From contig CAVVYZ010000013.1 in the NCBI GenBank assembly GCA_963752595.1, positions 128,001-192,000 of the forward strand: a DNA stretch of 64,000 nt, written 5' to 3'. Both the position numbers and the translations under genes were made by a program. The DNA is from an uncultured delta proteobacterium. Lineage in GTDB: Bacteria; Desulfobacterota; Desulfomonilia; UBA1062. The notes below the pieces were generated by a model, which was not told the DNA's origin, made no database searches, and saw only the letters and a list, made by a program, of their open reading frames with translations. Position 1 is the first letter of the stretch. Each line of letters begins with the position of its first letter. Shown here piece by piece: positions 1 through 9,498 of the stretch.

Positions 1-1934
1 GCGAGCTTGCGCTCTTTCAGCGCGTCTCCCAGCTTCATCCTCAGGAAGGTGTTCGTGGTGTAGCGGGTCACGCCGGTATAGTACCTGTCAACGAGCCTCT
101 TGACCATGTCGGTATACTCATCCACGAGCTCGGGCAGGATGTCGAAATTGTCATAGTTCACGACGGTATAAACCTTTCTGCCAAGGGGCGAGAGGATGCC
201 TGCGACCATTTCCTCGACTTTCTCGATGTCTTCCTGGGTCCGTATCTTGTAGCCTTCGAAGTTGACGAAGAAGAGATCGTCCTGCGCGTCGTAGGTGAGC
301 CGCTCTTCGAGCGTCAGGCCGAAGATGCAGTCTTTGAGGTTCATGGGCCCTTCTTCGAATATCCGCTTGTCCATGAGCTTCGGGGGCTTGTCCATGAGCG
401 GCACGAATTCCATATTCTTCAGGATGTCTTTCTCGATATCGATGCCGGGAGCAACCTCGACGAGCTCCATGCCTTTATCCGAGAGCCTGAACACGCACCG
501 TTCCGTCACATAATAGACGGGCTGGCCTTTCATGGCTGCATACTTGCCGCTGAAGGTGATATGCTCCACGCGGTCGCGGAACTTTATCTCCCTTCCTTCC
601 TTCTCGATGGCAAGCTTTCCGTCCCGGACCGATACTTCGAGGCCTCCTGCCGTGAAGGTGCCGACGAACACCACCTTCCGGGCGTTCTGGCTGATGTTGA
701 TGAACCCGCCCGCGCCTGCCAGCCTGGTGCCGAATTTGCTCACGTTCAGGTTCCCCTCCTTGTCGGCCTGGGCGAGGCCCAGGAAGCAGCAGTCCAGCCC
801 CCCTCCGTCATAGAAATCGAACTGGTACGGCTGGTCGATGATGCAGTCCGGGTTGGTGGCTGCGCCGAAGCTCATGCCTCCTGCCGGTACGCCGCCGATG
901 ATGCCCGGCTCCGCGGTCAGGGTTATATACTCGATGATCTTCTCCTCGTTGGCCACACTGGATACACCCTCGGGCATCCCTATGCCCAAGTTGATGATGC
1001 TGTTTCCTTTGAGCTCGAATGCTGCCCTGCGGGCGATGATCTTCCGTGCACCCATCTCCATGGCCGGCAATGACCCCATGGGGGCCTTGACCTCGCAGCT
1101 GAACGAGGGATCGTACTGCACGGCAAAGGTCTGCCAGTGATTCTCGGGCTGAGAGACCACGACGCAGTCCACCAGGATGCCCGGGACCTTGACCTGCCTG
1201 GCATTGAGCGTTCCGCTTTCGGCTATACGCTCGACCTGGGCTATGACAAACCCGCCTGAGTTCTTTGCCGCCATGGTGATGGACAGGACCTCCTGGGTCA
1301 ATGCCTCCTTTTCCATGGTGATGTTGCCGTCCGTGTCGGCGGTCGTGCCCCGGATGATCGCCACGTTGATGGGAAAGGTTTTGTATGCCAGGTAATCCTT
1401 GCCGTCGAAGTTCATGATCTCGACAAGGTCTTCCTGCGTGACGCTGTTGATTTTCCCTCCGCCCAACCGGGGATCGACATAGGTCCAAATGCCTACCGTG
1501 GTCAGCGTGCGGGGCTTGTGGGCTGCAATATCCCTGAACATGTGGGAGATGACCCCCTGGGGGAGGTTGTAGGCCTCTATCTTGTTCTCTATCGCCAGCT
1601 TGCCGAGCTTCGGCACCAGGCCCCAATGTCCTCCGACCACCCGCTTGACCAGTCCTTCGTGGCCGAAATGGTTCAGCCCCCGATCCTTGCCGTCACCCTG
1701 ACCTGCGGCATAGACCAGAGTCAGGTTCCCGGGCTTTCCCGTCTCGAGAAAGCATTCCTCGATATGGATAAGGATCTCTTCCGGGACCCCGATGCTTACG
1801 AAACCGCCGGTCGCGATTGTATCTCCGTCCTGGATTGCGCGCACTGCCTGTTCGGCCGATACCACCTTGCCTCTCCGCATCCGAGACGGCGGCAGCGTGG
1901 AAAGCATGGGATGGATATTGGTGTTTCTCGCCAT
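1..1934 (-). CDS. Acyl-CoA:acetate/propionate CoA-transferase (YdiF/Pct-type, fused subunits) with C-terminal extension; 3' end runs off the window
   Basis: Not in the ORF track (no stop in window). Hand translation from ATG 1934 (RBS GGAGGT): [24 protein letters not shown]...[28 protein letters not shown]...AYNLPQG; same frame reads [21 protein letters not shown] at the left edge. Confidence 0.9.
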   Translation of the reverse strand, partial: MARNTNIHPMLSTLPPSRMRRGKVVSAEQAVRAIQDGDTIATGGFVSIGVPEEILIHIEECFLETGKPGNLTLVYAAGQGDGKDRGLNHFGHEGLVKRVVGGHWGLVPKLGKLAIENKIEAYNLPQGVISHMFRDIAAHKPRTLTTVGIWTYVDPRLGGGKINSVTQEDLVEIMNFDGKDYLAYKTFPINVAIIRGTTADTDGNITMEKEALTQEVLSITMAAKNSGGFVIAQVERIAESGTLNARQVKVPGILVDCVVVSQPENHWQTFAVQYDPSFSCEVKAPMGSLPAMEMGARKIIARRAAFELKGNSIINLGIGMPEGVSSVANEEKIIEYITLTAEPGIIGGVPAGGMSFGAATNPDCIIDQPYQFDFYDGGGLDCCFLGLAQADKEGNLNVSKFGTRLAGAGGFINISQNARKVVFVGTFTAGGLEVSVRDGKLAIEKEGREIKFRDRVEHITFSGKYAAMKGQPVYYVTERCVFRLSDKGMELVEVAPGIDIEKDILKNMEFVPLMDKPPKLMDKRIFEEGPMNLKDCIFGLTLEERLTYDAQDDLFFVNFEGYKIRTQEDIEKVEEMVAGILSPLGRKVYTVVNYDNFDILPELVDEYTDMVKRLVDRYYTGVTRYTTNTFLRMKLGDALKERKL

Positions 1935-2168
1935 GGACAACCTCCGGTCCTTGTCTTGATGTACCTCATGACTGGTGCTGTTTGTGTTTTACTGGTCGTT
2001 CCATTTTTTAGGGTTTGCGCCTGTTTGTCAATAGGCGAACCTTTAACACCGTGCAAGGCCCGGCCTCAATGTCCTGTCGTATATCCTGTAACAATCCGTT
2101 AAACCCCTGGATATTTTTCCCGGTATCTGTATCTTGTTAACCTGGGAAGGAAAAATGAGGGCACGAGC

Positions 2169-3779
2169 GTGAGCACAAAAAAGATCCTGCCGGAAGAGGT
2201 TATCCCCTGGGAGCAGTATCTGCATATCGACCGGGTGTGCAGCGGCAATCAGGGGGTGCAGGCCCTGCCCGTCATTGCCGCATTCCTTGAAGATCGAGGC
2301 CTGGCGAGGATCGAGCTCGACAGGGATATCGTTGCAGGCTATGTCTCGGACAGCTCGAACCTGCCCGGGAGCGCAGCTGCCCTGGCAAGGCCAAGGTCTG
2401 TGGGGGAATGCGCCGCCCTTTTCCGGGCATGCTTTTCTGCGGGGATACCGGTTACCGTTTCCGGCGGCCGTTCGAATCTCACCGGCAGCGCAACTCCGGA
2501 AGGGGGCATGGTCATCTCGCTCGATGGCATGAAGCTTCCACCGGTCAGTACGGACAGAGACGACAGGATCGTCAGGAGCCCTGCAGGGATTATACTCGAA
2601 GATATGCGCAGCACCGTCCTCGGACAGACCGGGAATACACTGATCTTCCCCGTTGATCCCACGAGCAGGGCCGATGCCATGGTGGGCGGAACCATTGCCG
2701 GCAATGCCTCGGGGTTCACCCCCGGGGAGGAAGGCGCCATGAGGCACTGGGTAGCCGGCCTCGACGTGCTCCTGCCCAGCGGGCTCATGGTACGTTCCCG
2801 GCGGGGACAGCATGTATCGGAAGACGGCTCCTTCCTGCTCTGTCACCGCGGATCGGAGACCGTGCTCCCCGTACCGAGATATCGGAGGCCTGCCATAAAG
2901 AACGCGAGCGGCCCTTTCTCATCCCCGGACGGGTTGATGGATTTCATCGACCTGATCGTAGGAAGCGAAGGCATTTTCGGCATCGTGACCGGATGTACCT
3001 TACGCCTGAAGCAGCGGCCCCAAGACTATCTCGACATCTTCTTTTCCCTGCCCGATGAGAATGTGGCGGTCGCATTCCTCTTCTACCTCAAAGAGTTCTT
3101 CTCCGGAGACTTAAGCGCTCTCACGGCGGTGGAATACTTCGGGGTGAACAGCCGGAAGTACATGGATCATGAGAAGAAATTTTTCAGCTCCGAGCATCAG
3201 GTGGGGATCTACATTCAGGTGCCTCTCTATGACAAGCCCCTGGAGCAGGCAGCCGGGGAGTGGCTGGATATCCTTATTGGCAGCCCCTGCTCCATCGAGG
3301 GGGAAGCGGTCAGGATCATGGCGACGGACCGTGATCGTGCGCTCTTTCTGGATGCAAGGCATTCGATGCCCGCCAATTCCATCGAGGTCGTGAAGAGACG
3401 GGGGACCCATACCATCCTGACAGATACGGTCGTGCCTCCCGGGCATTTTTCCGAGTTCCTGCGCTATACGAATGAGCTCATCGGCTCCGAGGGGCTCGAC
3501 TACCTCTCCTTCGGCCATCTGGGCGACTGTCACCTCCATTTCTCCATCATGCCGGAAAAGGACCAGCTGAGCAAAGCCCTGGAGGTGTACGATAAGATCG
3601 TGGAAAAATCAGCTGCCCTTGGCGGGGTATACTCGGGCGAGCACGGCACCGGAAAGCGTAAAAAAAAGGACTTTCTGAAATGCTACGGCAATGGGGCTGC
3701 AGATGAAGTCAGAAATACCAAGAGGTCGCTTGATCCCCTCTTTCTCCTGAACAGGGGGAATGTTGTCGATCCACGCTGA
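2169..3779 (+). CDS. FAD-binding oxidoreductase (GlcD/D-lactate dehydrogenase-like FAD-linked oxidase)
   Basis: GGRSNLTGSATP, FPVDPTS, GGTIAGNASG, GSEGIFGIVT, FGHLGDCHLH, SGEHGTG, LDPLFLLNRG motifs. Confidence 0.88.
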   Translation: MSTKKILPEEVIPWEQYLHIDRVCSGNQGVQALPVIAAFLEDRGLARIELDRDIVAGYVSDSSNLPGSAAALARPRSVGECAALFRACFSAGIPVTVSGGRSNLTGSATPEGGMVISLDGMKLPPVSTDRDDRIVRSPAGIILEDMRSTVLGQTGNTLIFPVDPTSRADAMVGGTIAGNASGFTPGEEGAMRHWVAGLDVLLPSGLMVRSRRGQHVSEDGSFLLCHRGSETVLPVPRYRRPAIKNASGPFSSPDGLMDFIDLIVGSEGIFGIVTGCTLRLKQRPQDYLDIFFSLPDENVAVAFLFYLKEFFSGDLSALTAVEYFGVNSRKYMDHEKKFFSSEHQVGIYIQVPLYDKPLEQAAGEWLDILIGSPCSIEGEAVRIMATDRDRALFLDARHSMPANSIEVVKRRGTHTILTDTVVPPGHFSEFLRYTNELIGSEGLDYLSFGHLGDCHLHFSIMPEKDQLSKALEVYDKIVEKSAALGGVYSGEHGTGKRKKKDFLKCYGNGAADEVRNTKRSLDPLFLLNRGNVVDPR

Positions 3780-3857
3780 CGTGTGACCTTCCGCAGGTTT
3801 CAGCCCATATCTACTGCAGGAGCGCCTTCAAACCGCGATAAAGGAAGAGCTCGTTTT

Positions 3858-4682
3858 TTAGAAGATTACAGCCGAAATGTATCCGACGACCGAGGTGTTG
3901 TCGCCGGTGATGTGCCCGGAGTGGGCATACTTGAGTATCTTCGCTTCCGTCCGTCCAAGGGCTTTTGCATAGCTGAGTGCAGTCATGATGGGCCCGCCGC
4001 CGCAGGCCTCGCTCTCAGACCCGCTCAAATCGTTTTCCAGGGATTGTATGGCCAGCTGCTCGATGTTTTTTGCGACACGGGCATCCATGGCCTCTGCGGT
4101 TTTGGCAGGATGGAAGTGCGAGAGGTCGGAACTCGCCACGATGAGGACATCTTCAGGATTATCGATGGAAGCCATCAGGGAGTTGCTCAGCTCCCGGCAC
4201 AGCTCCAGGTCCTGCCGGCCCATGATCAGCGGGCAGAGCCTGAAGGAGGGCAGGACGGTCTGGAGAAACGGCAGCTGGATCTCCAGGGCGTGTTCGGTTT
4301 CATGGGGCCGGGTGTTGTCGGTAAAGATTACAGATGCATCCATGAGTTTTTCACATAAGGCCTCATCCACCTCGATGCTTCCCAGAGGCGTGGAAAAGGA
4401 CCCTTTGGGCCACACGGAGACATACGGGAAATAGGCCCGGTGCGAGGGACTGATAACGACCACGGTGTTGTAAGCACGGCCTGCTACGGCCTTGTATCCA
4501 TGGGCAGCCACCCGGCCTGAATACATATATCCCGCATGAGGGCTGATGATCGCGGCCGGTTTGCGGGGGATATCCCCGATAACAGCCTCTTCGAGAAAGC
4601 GGGTGATTTCATCCCGCAAGGTAGCAGGATCGTCAGGATACCAACTCCCGGCAATGACAGGTCTGCGTACGGGATCGCTCAT
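3858..4682 (-). CDS. amrB: AmmeMemoRadiSam system protein B (MEMO1 family)
   Basis: RRPVIAGSWYP, ISPHAGYMYSG, EHALEIQLPFLQ, ASSDLSHF, ACGGGP, VVGY; RBS GGAGG. Confidence 0.92.
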   Translation of the reverse strand: MSDPVRRPVIAGSWYPDDPATLRDEITRFLEEAVIGDIPRKPAAIISPHAGYMYSGRVAAHGYKAVAGRAYNTVVVISPSHRAYFPYVSVWPKGSFSTPLGSIEVDEALCEKLMDASVIFTDNTRPHETEHALEIQLPFLQTVLPSFRLCPLIMGRQDLELCRELSNSLMASIDNPEDVLIVASSDLSHFHPAKTAEAMDARVAKNIEQLAIQSLENDLSGSESEACGGGPIMTALSYAKALGRTEAKILKYAHSGHITGDNTSVVGYISAVIF

Positions 4683-4825
4683 GATCGTACCTCCACAGTA
4701 TGCCAGTATGGTGAAACTCTCTTAAGTCGGCTTATGAAACCCTACGGATCAATGACAAGACGGGTCTCCCTGATGATGCTCCCGTGGAAGCCCTGTATAA
4801 TAATTTCCACTTATACTGCTTAAGA

Positions 4826-5857
4826 TTAAGGGAATAGGGGTAGGTAGTCAAGACCCTGGGACTCAGGCAAGCCGAACATGATGTTCATGCTCTGGACAGC
4901 CTGGCCCGATGCGCCCTTGGTGAGATTGTCGATCACGCTGACAATGACGGCATTTTTCGTCCGGTCATTCTTTGCAAGGCCGATGAGGCAATTGTTCGTC
5001 CCCCGGACATCCTTTGTCGAAGGGAAATCCTGCTTCCACACATGGACGAAACGCGAATCCCTGTAGTAGGAGGTAATGCAGTCCTTCAGGGAGGATTCAT
5101 CTGCTTCCGTAGATACATAGATCGTGGAGAGCATGCCCCTGGTGATGGGGATCAGGTGGGGCGTGAACTCGATGGTGACCGGCTTTCCTGCAGCAACGCC
5201 GAGCTCCTGTTCGATCTCGGGGATGTGGCGGTGCGAACCTCCGACCTTATAGGCCAAGAAAGATTCTCCGGTTTCGCAGATATGGCTTTTCAGGCTCAGG
5301 CCCCTGCCGGCGCCCGATACGCCGCTCTTGCTGTCGGCTATGATCCCGTCTCCGTCAATCATCCCACCTTTCAGGAGCGGTATCAGGGGGAGCAGGATGC
5401 TCGTGGGGTAGCAGCCGGGATTGGCAACGAGTGAGGCCTGCCCGATTTCCTCCCGGTATACCTCGCACAGGCCGTAAACAGCCTTCCGAAGTGTCTCGGG
5501 AGAGGTATGCTCGCCGTACCAGGCCTTGTAGGTATCGAGATCGCGGATACGATAATCGGCGCTCAGGTCGATAACCTTGACCGGATCCGCTATCCGGGAG
5601 ATGAAATCCATGCTTGTGCCGTGCGGCAGGCAGCTGAAAACGACGTCGCACCGGTCATGCACGGCCTGGGCATCGAAATCTTCAAGGACGATATCGAAGG
5701 TACCCTGAAAAAAGGGCAGTATATCGGCGATCTTTTTACCGTTATACTGTCTTGAGGAGCAGTAGGTGATCCTGGAGCCCTCGTGATTGTGCAGGATTCT
5801 GATGAGTTCTGCACCGGTATATCCTGTGGCACCCAGGATCCCTATAGATAGAGACAA
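4826..5857 (-). CDS. argC: N-acetyl-gamma-glutamyl-phosphate reductase
   Basis: GATGYTG, CLPHG, IDLSADYR, ANPGCYPT, SGVSGAGR, DNLTKGASGQAVQ. Confidence 0.97.
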   Translation of the reverse strand: MSLSIGILGATGYTGAELIRILHNHEGSRITYCSSRQYNGKKIADILPFFQGTFDIVLEDFDAQAVHDRCDVVFSCLPHGTSMDFISRIADPVKVIDLSADYRIRDLDTYKAWYGEHTSPETLRKAVYGLCEVYREEIGQASLVANPGCYPTSILLPLIPLLKGGMIDGDGIIADSKSGVSGAGRGLSLKSHICETGESFLAYKVGGSHRHIPEIEQELGVAAGKPVTIEFTPHLIPITRGMLSTIYVSTEADESSLKDCITSYYRDSRFVHVWKQDFPSTKDVRGTNNCLIGLAKNDRTKNAVIVSVIDNLTKGASGQAVQSMNIMFGLPESQGLDYLPLFP

Positions 5858-5863
5858 GGAGAA

Positions 5864-6256
5864 CTACCTCTTACTGAACTGAGGTCTCTTTCGTGCTTTG
5901 TGAAGCCCGAACTTTTTCCGCTCCACCATTCTGGGGTCTCTGGTGAGAAACCCTGCAGACTTGAGCCGAGGCCTGTACTTCTCTGTGTCGAATTCGGACA
6001 TGGCCCGTGATATGCCGTGGCGGAGAGCGCCTGCCTGACCGGCTATACCGCCGCCGCTCACCGTGGAAAAGACATCGAAGTATCCTTTCGTATCCGTTAT
6101 TTCAAACGGCTGCATGGCGGACATCTTCAAGGTTTCCCTGCCGAAATATTCGTCGAGAGGTCTTCCGTTTATCGTGAACTGTCCTGTTCCGGGGGATAAC
6201 CATACCCGTGCCGTCGAGTTCTTCCTTCTGCCGGTAGCATAGATCCGTTCTGCCAT
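5864..6256 (-). CDS. rpsI: 30S ribosomal protein S9
   Basis: [45 protein letters not shown]. Confidence 0.99.
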   Translation of the reverse strand: MAERIYATGRRKNSTARVWLSPGTGQFTINGRPLDEYFGRETLKMSAMQPFEITDTKGYFDVFSTVSGGGIAGQAGALRHGISRAMSEFDTEKYRPRLKSAGFLTRDPRMVERKKFGLHKARKRPQFSKR

Positions 6257-6274
6257 AGTGTATCTTCTTCCCTT

Positions 6275-6703
6275 TTAAAGATTTATCGCCTGTGGCTGCT
6301 GAGCCTCATGGGGATGGGCTTCGCCTTTATATACCTTGAGTTTTTTCAGCATGCTGTTCCCGAGGCTGTTCTTGGGAAGCATGCCTTTGACTGCATGTCT
6401 GATGATCTCCTCAGGCCTCGTTTCCATAACCTGACGAGCCGTACGCTCCCTGAGTCCGCCCCTGTATCCGCTGTGGTTGTAATACATTTTCTGTTCCATT
6501 TTGTTTCCGGTGAGCTTGATCTTCTCGGCGTTGATGATCACGACAAAATCTCCCACATCGGTATGAGGCGTATAGGTGGGCTTTGTCTTGCCCCTCAAGA
6601 TGGATGCAACATCGGCAGCAAGCCTGCCCAGGACTTTGTCCTTGGCATCGACGAGCACCCAGTTTCTCTCGACCTCGTCTTTCTTTGCGATGAACGTACT
6701 CAT
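6275..6703 (-). CDS. rplM: 50S ribosomal protein L13
   Basis: [42 protein letters not shown]. Confidence 0.99.
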   Translation of the reverse strand: MSTFIAKKDEVERNWVLVDAKDKVLGRLAADVASILRGKTKPTYTPHTDVGDFVVIINAEKIKLTGNKMEQKMYYNHSGYRGGLRERTARQVMETRPEEIIRHAVKGMLPKNSLGNSMLKKLKVYKGEAHPHEAQQPQAINL

Positions 6704-6736
6704 TCTTAATTCTCCTTACCTGCTAAATAGGGTTCG

Positions 6737-6766
6737 GATATAGCCGACATTGTGCATGGATGTCAA
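6737..6766 (-). promoter_or_regulatory. Putative sigma-70 promoter of rplM-rpsI-argC
   Basis: Minus strand TTGACA-N18-TATATC upstream of rplM. Confidence 0.45.
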
Positions 6767-6933
6767 GCATTGATCGAAAATTCATAGGCATTCTCGTATG
6801 GAGAAGCGCCCCTGGGGTAAAAACATAGCCGGTGCTGCCTTTTAGGCATACATAATATATAATGGTTAAGTGATCGGGAAATAGTACGATACATTCTTAT
6901 AGAACCGATATATTTGATAAGTGGGAAGGTTTT

Positions 6934-7314
6934 ATGAAAAAAGTGCTGATAGTCGATGATGACCCCGGTGTTCACAGCATCATCAATGCGATCATCCAGA
7001 AGATGATGAAGGAGTGCACTTTTCTTTCCGCTTATAACGGTCTGGATGGAATCCGGACAGCAGTAGAAGAAAAGCCCGACGCGATCCTGCTGGATGTCAG
7101 CATGCCCGGCATCGACGGCTTTGAGACGTGCAGGCGCCTTAAATCCGATGAGCATACCCGCCATATCCCGGTCATCATCTTTACCGGCATGGCAACTGAT
7201 TCGGATGGGCTCTGCTCGTCAACGGACTGCGGCGCTGATGCGGTCCTGGCAAAACCGATACGGAAAGACAGACTCATCGAAAAGCTCACATCGGTCCTTG
7301 AAAGCCGAAGATAA
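6934..7314 (+). CDS. Single-domain response regulator (CheY-like receiver)
   Basis: VLIVDDD, PDAILLDVSMPGIDG, IPVIIFTG, GADAVLAKP. Confidence 0.92.
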   Translation: MKKVLIVDDDPGVHSIINAIIQKMMKECTFLSAYNGLDGIRTAVEEKPDAILLDVSMPGIDGFETCRRLKSDEHTRHIPVIIFTGMATDSDGLCSSTDCGADAVLAKPIRKDRLIEKLTSVLESRR

Positions 7315-7459
7315 TCACATCGTTTTTATATCCTCAAAATGTTTATCATTTGATTTACTTTCGAAACTGCATTATCTCTTAAGATATGCCCGGTTCGATC
7401 AGGAGATACAGGGATCAATCATCTTGACATAGTTAAATCTTTTTTATTGATAGGGGATT

Positions 7460-8392
7460 ATGGGAGTCGATGTCGTAATTACTGCCGGTGACGGAAGAGC
7501 CGCACGTAAGGTATTCAAAAAGAACAAAGCGCTGCTCGATGTGGCCGGGGAACCGATTATCAGGCATATCGTGGAGGTGCTGCTGAAGTGCGACGAGATC
7601 GATAATATCGTCGTGATCGGTCCCAAGGAGGCATTTGAGGAGGTCATCGGCGATCTCGATGTGCGGATTGTCCAACAGAAAAGAAGCCTTGCCGAGAACG
7701 GCTGGGAAGGGTTCCTCAACACGATTGACGAATACCGGCAGACGGGCAGGCTCACTCCAGAAATTATCGAGGCATACCGCAACAAGCATGTCCTTTTCGT
7801 TTCCGGTGATATCCCCCTCATCTCTGTGAAGGAGATCCGGGAGTTCATATCCCAGTGCGATATGGAGAAGTATGATTATGTTGCAGGGGCAACCTCCGAG
7901 GAGATCCTGAAGCTCTTCGGCCCAAGAAAGGGGAGGCCGGGGATCAAGATGGCCACGTTCCACTTGCGGGACGGCAACGTACGGCAGAACAATCTTCATA
8001 TGGCAAGGCCGTTCGTCCTGCTGGAGAGCATTGATCTGGTGCTCAAGGCATATGAGTACCGCTATCAGAGGGAGCCCTTCTATATCATACGTTCTCTTGG
8101 CGAGATCATCAGGCTCGGGAAAGGGAATATCATCCAGACCCTGTGGATATACCTTGCACTCCAAATTTCCGCAGGCCTCTCGGCCATAGGTTTCGGGCGG
8201 GCCGCCCGCATCGTGAGCTTCCCTGTTACCCAATCCCGGATCGAGCGGTTGATCTCCCGGATACTGAATGCACGGTTCAAAATCGCGAAGACGACCGTAG
8301 GAGGCGCTGCGCTCGATGTGGACAATGAGAAGGACTACATCATCCTCTCGGTGATGTACCGCGACTGGATGAATCAGATCAGCGAAGCATGA
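7460..8392 (+). CDS. MobA-like NTP transferase domain protein (nucleotidyltransferase family)
   Basis: VVITAGDGR, NKALLDVAGEPII, LFVSGDIPL, ALDVDNEKD. Confidence 0.75.
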   Translation: MGVDVVITAGDGRAARKVFKKNKALLDVAGEPIIRHIVEVLLKCDEIDNIVVIGPKEAFEEVIGDLDVRIVQQKRSLAENGWEGFLNTIDEYRQTGRLTPEIIEAYRNKHVLFVSGDIPLISVKEIREFISQCDMEKYDYVAGATSEEILKLFGPRKGRPGIKMATFHLRDGNVRQNNLHMARPFVLLESIDLVLKAYEYRYQREPFYIIRSLGEIIRLGKGNIIQTLWIYLALQISAGLSAIGFGRAARIVSFPVTQSRIERLISRILNARFKIAKTTVGGAALDVDNEKDYIILSVMYRDWMNQISEA

Positions 8393-9385
8393 TCACCATT
8401 TCGCAAAGTGGTCCTCTGCGAAGCCCGGGCACAAGTCGATGCGGATTACCTCACCTTCATCCGTCTTCAAAGTCCCTTCGAAGACCCCGAACAGCTGGGT
8501 GAACCTGGTGGCAATGAGCAGGGCGTTGATCTTCTCCTCGCGGGAGGCCTCGGGATGAAAAGTCAGGTCGATCTTTTTGTCGCAGGAATGGATGTGCCAC
8601 GGCGAAGAGAGATTCCCGCGTTCGAATTCGAAGTCAACCGTGTCCACCTTGGTCATGATTCCGTTGATCCAGAATACGTTTTCCGTATAGCTTGTTTCAT
8701 TAACCCCGCAGGAGAGGTTTAATCCGAGGCTTCTCCCATCGTCGAGGCTGAAGGCAGTCGATGCCCAGTTCCAGCAGGTATTCCTCCGCATGAAGCCGCA
8801 TGTCCAGTCCGAGAGTGCCCAATAGGCAGGGGATGAGAGGTCGTGCCGGCTGGATCTGTGTGTCATGCTCCCTTTTATGCGCATAGGACTTGTCTTCTGG
8901 GTATACACCCATCCCCTGTACCCGGCCCTGGTACATATCCTTAAAGGAGAGGTCGAATTCGGGTCGAGCGAGACCTCGAGGGACAGGTCTTTCCCCAGCG
9001 CTTTCAGCGAGTCTTTTTTCATGTCGATGACCATCTTGCCGCTTCTGAAAACGCTTCTCGGCTTCTCGGGGAACGGGTCGATGGCAGTGGATGAAAAGGG
9101 AAGGGCGATCTTTTTCGTTTCCGTGATTTCCCCGGTCTCCCGGTCATAGAGGTAGAAAAAACCGTTTGAGAGATACTTGAGATCCACTATCCCGATCCCT
9201 GCAAGGATCTCCGGGCCGATGATCCCGATGAAATGGAACTGGTTCGCCAGAAACCTTCTGAATACGGAGGGGATGCGCAAGCCGAGAGGCGTTTCCAGAG
9301 GATAATCCTCATAGTTGATCCTGCCCACAGGCTCGCTGTACATTCCCCATTTCACAAGGCCTCTACCGTTGACGAGTGCATCCAT
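8393..9385 (-). CDS. DUF2804 family protein
   Basis: Start ATG 9385 after GGAGG; NQFHFIG, GWVYTQK, DWTCGFMRRNTCWNWAS, GVNETSYTEN, FAEDHFAKW. Confidence 0.75.
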   Translation of the reverse strand: MDALVNGRGLVKWGMYSEPVGRINYEDYPLETPLGLRIPSVFRRFLANQFHFIGIIGPEILAGIGIVDLKYLSNGFFYLYDRETGEITETKKIALPFSSTAIDPFPEKPRSVFRSGKMVIDMKKDSLKALGKDLSLEVSLDPNSTSPLRICTRAGYRGWVYTQKTSPMRIKGSMTHRSSRHDLSSPAYWALSDWTCGFMRRNTCWNWASTAFSLDDGRSLGLNLSCGVNETSYTENVFWINGIMTKVDTVDFEFERGNLSSPWHIHSCDKKIDLTFHPEASREEKINALLIATRFTQLFGVFEGTLKTDEGEVIRIDLCPGFAEDHFAKW

Positions 9386-9498
9386 GGCAACCTCCGGTGA
9401 TTCATAATGGCAAAGCAGAGTATACTGTAATTCCCTTATCATACATGTATAATATTGGATAGGCAGGAATCTAGCGAGAGGATGAAAAATGGGAGGGG

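Noticed and set aside
3858-4682. Complete AmmeMemoRadiSam system
   Set aside because: Only the B/MEMO component is present; the A and radical SAM genes are not in the window
6866-6911. Sigma-28-like motifs before the single-domain response regulator (TTAA-N15-TACGATAC; ACCGATAT)
   Set aside because: Each match is degenerate in one box; too weak to call
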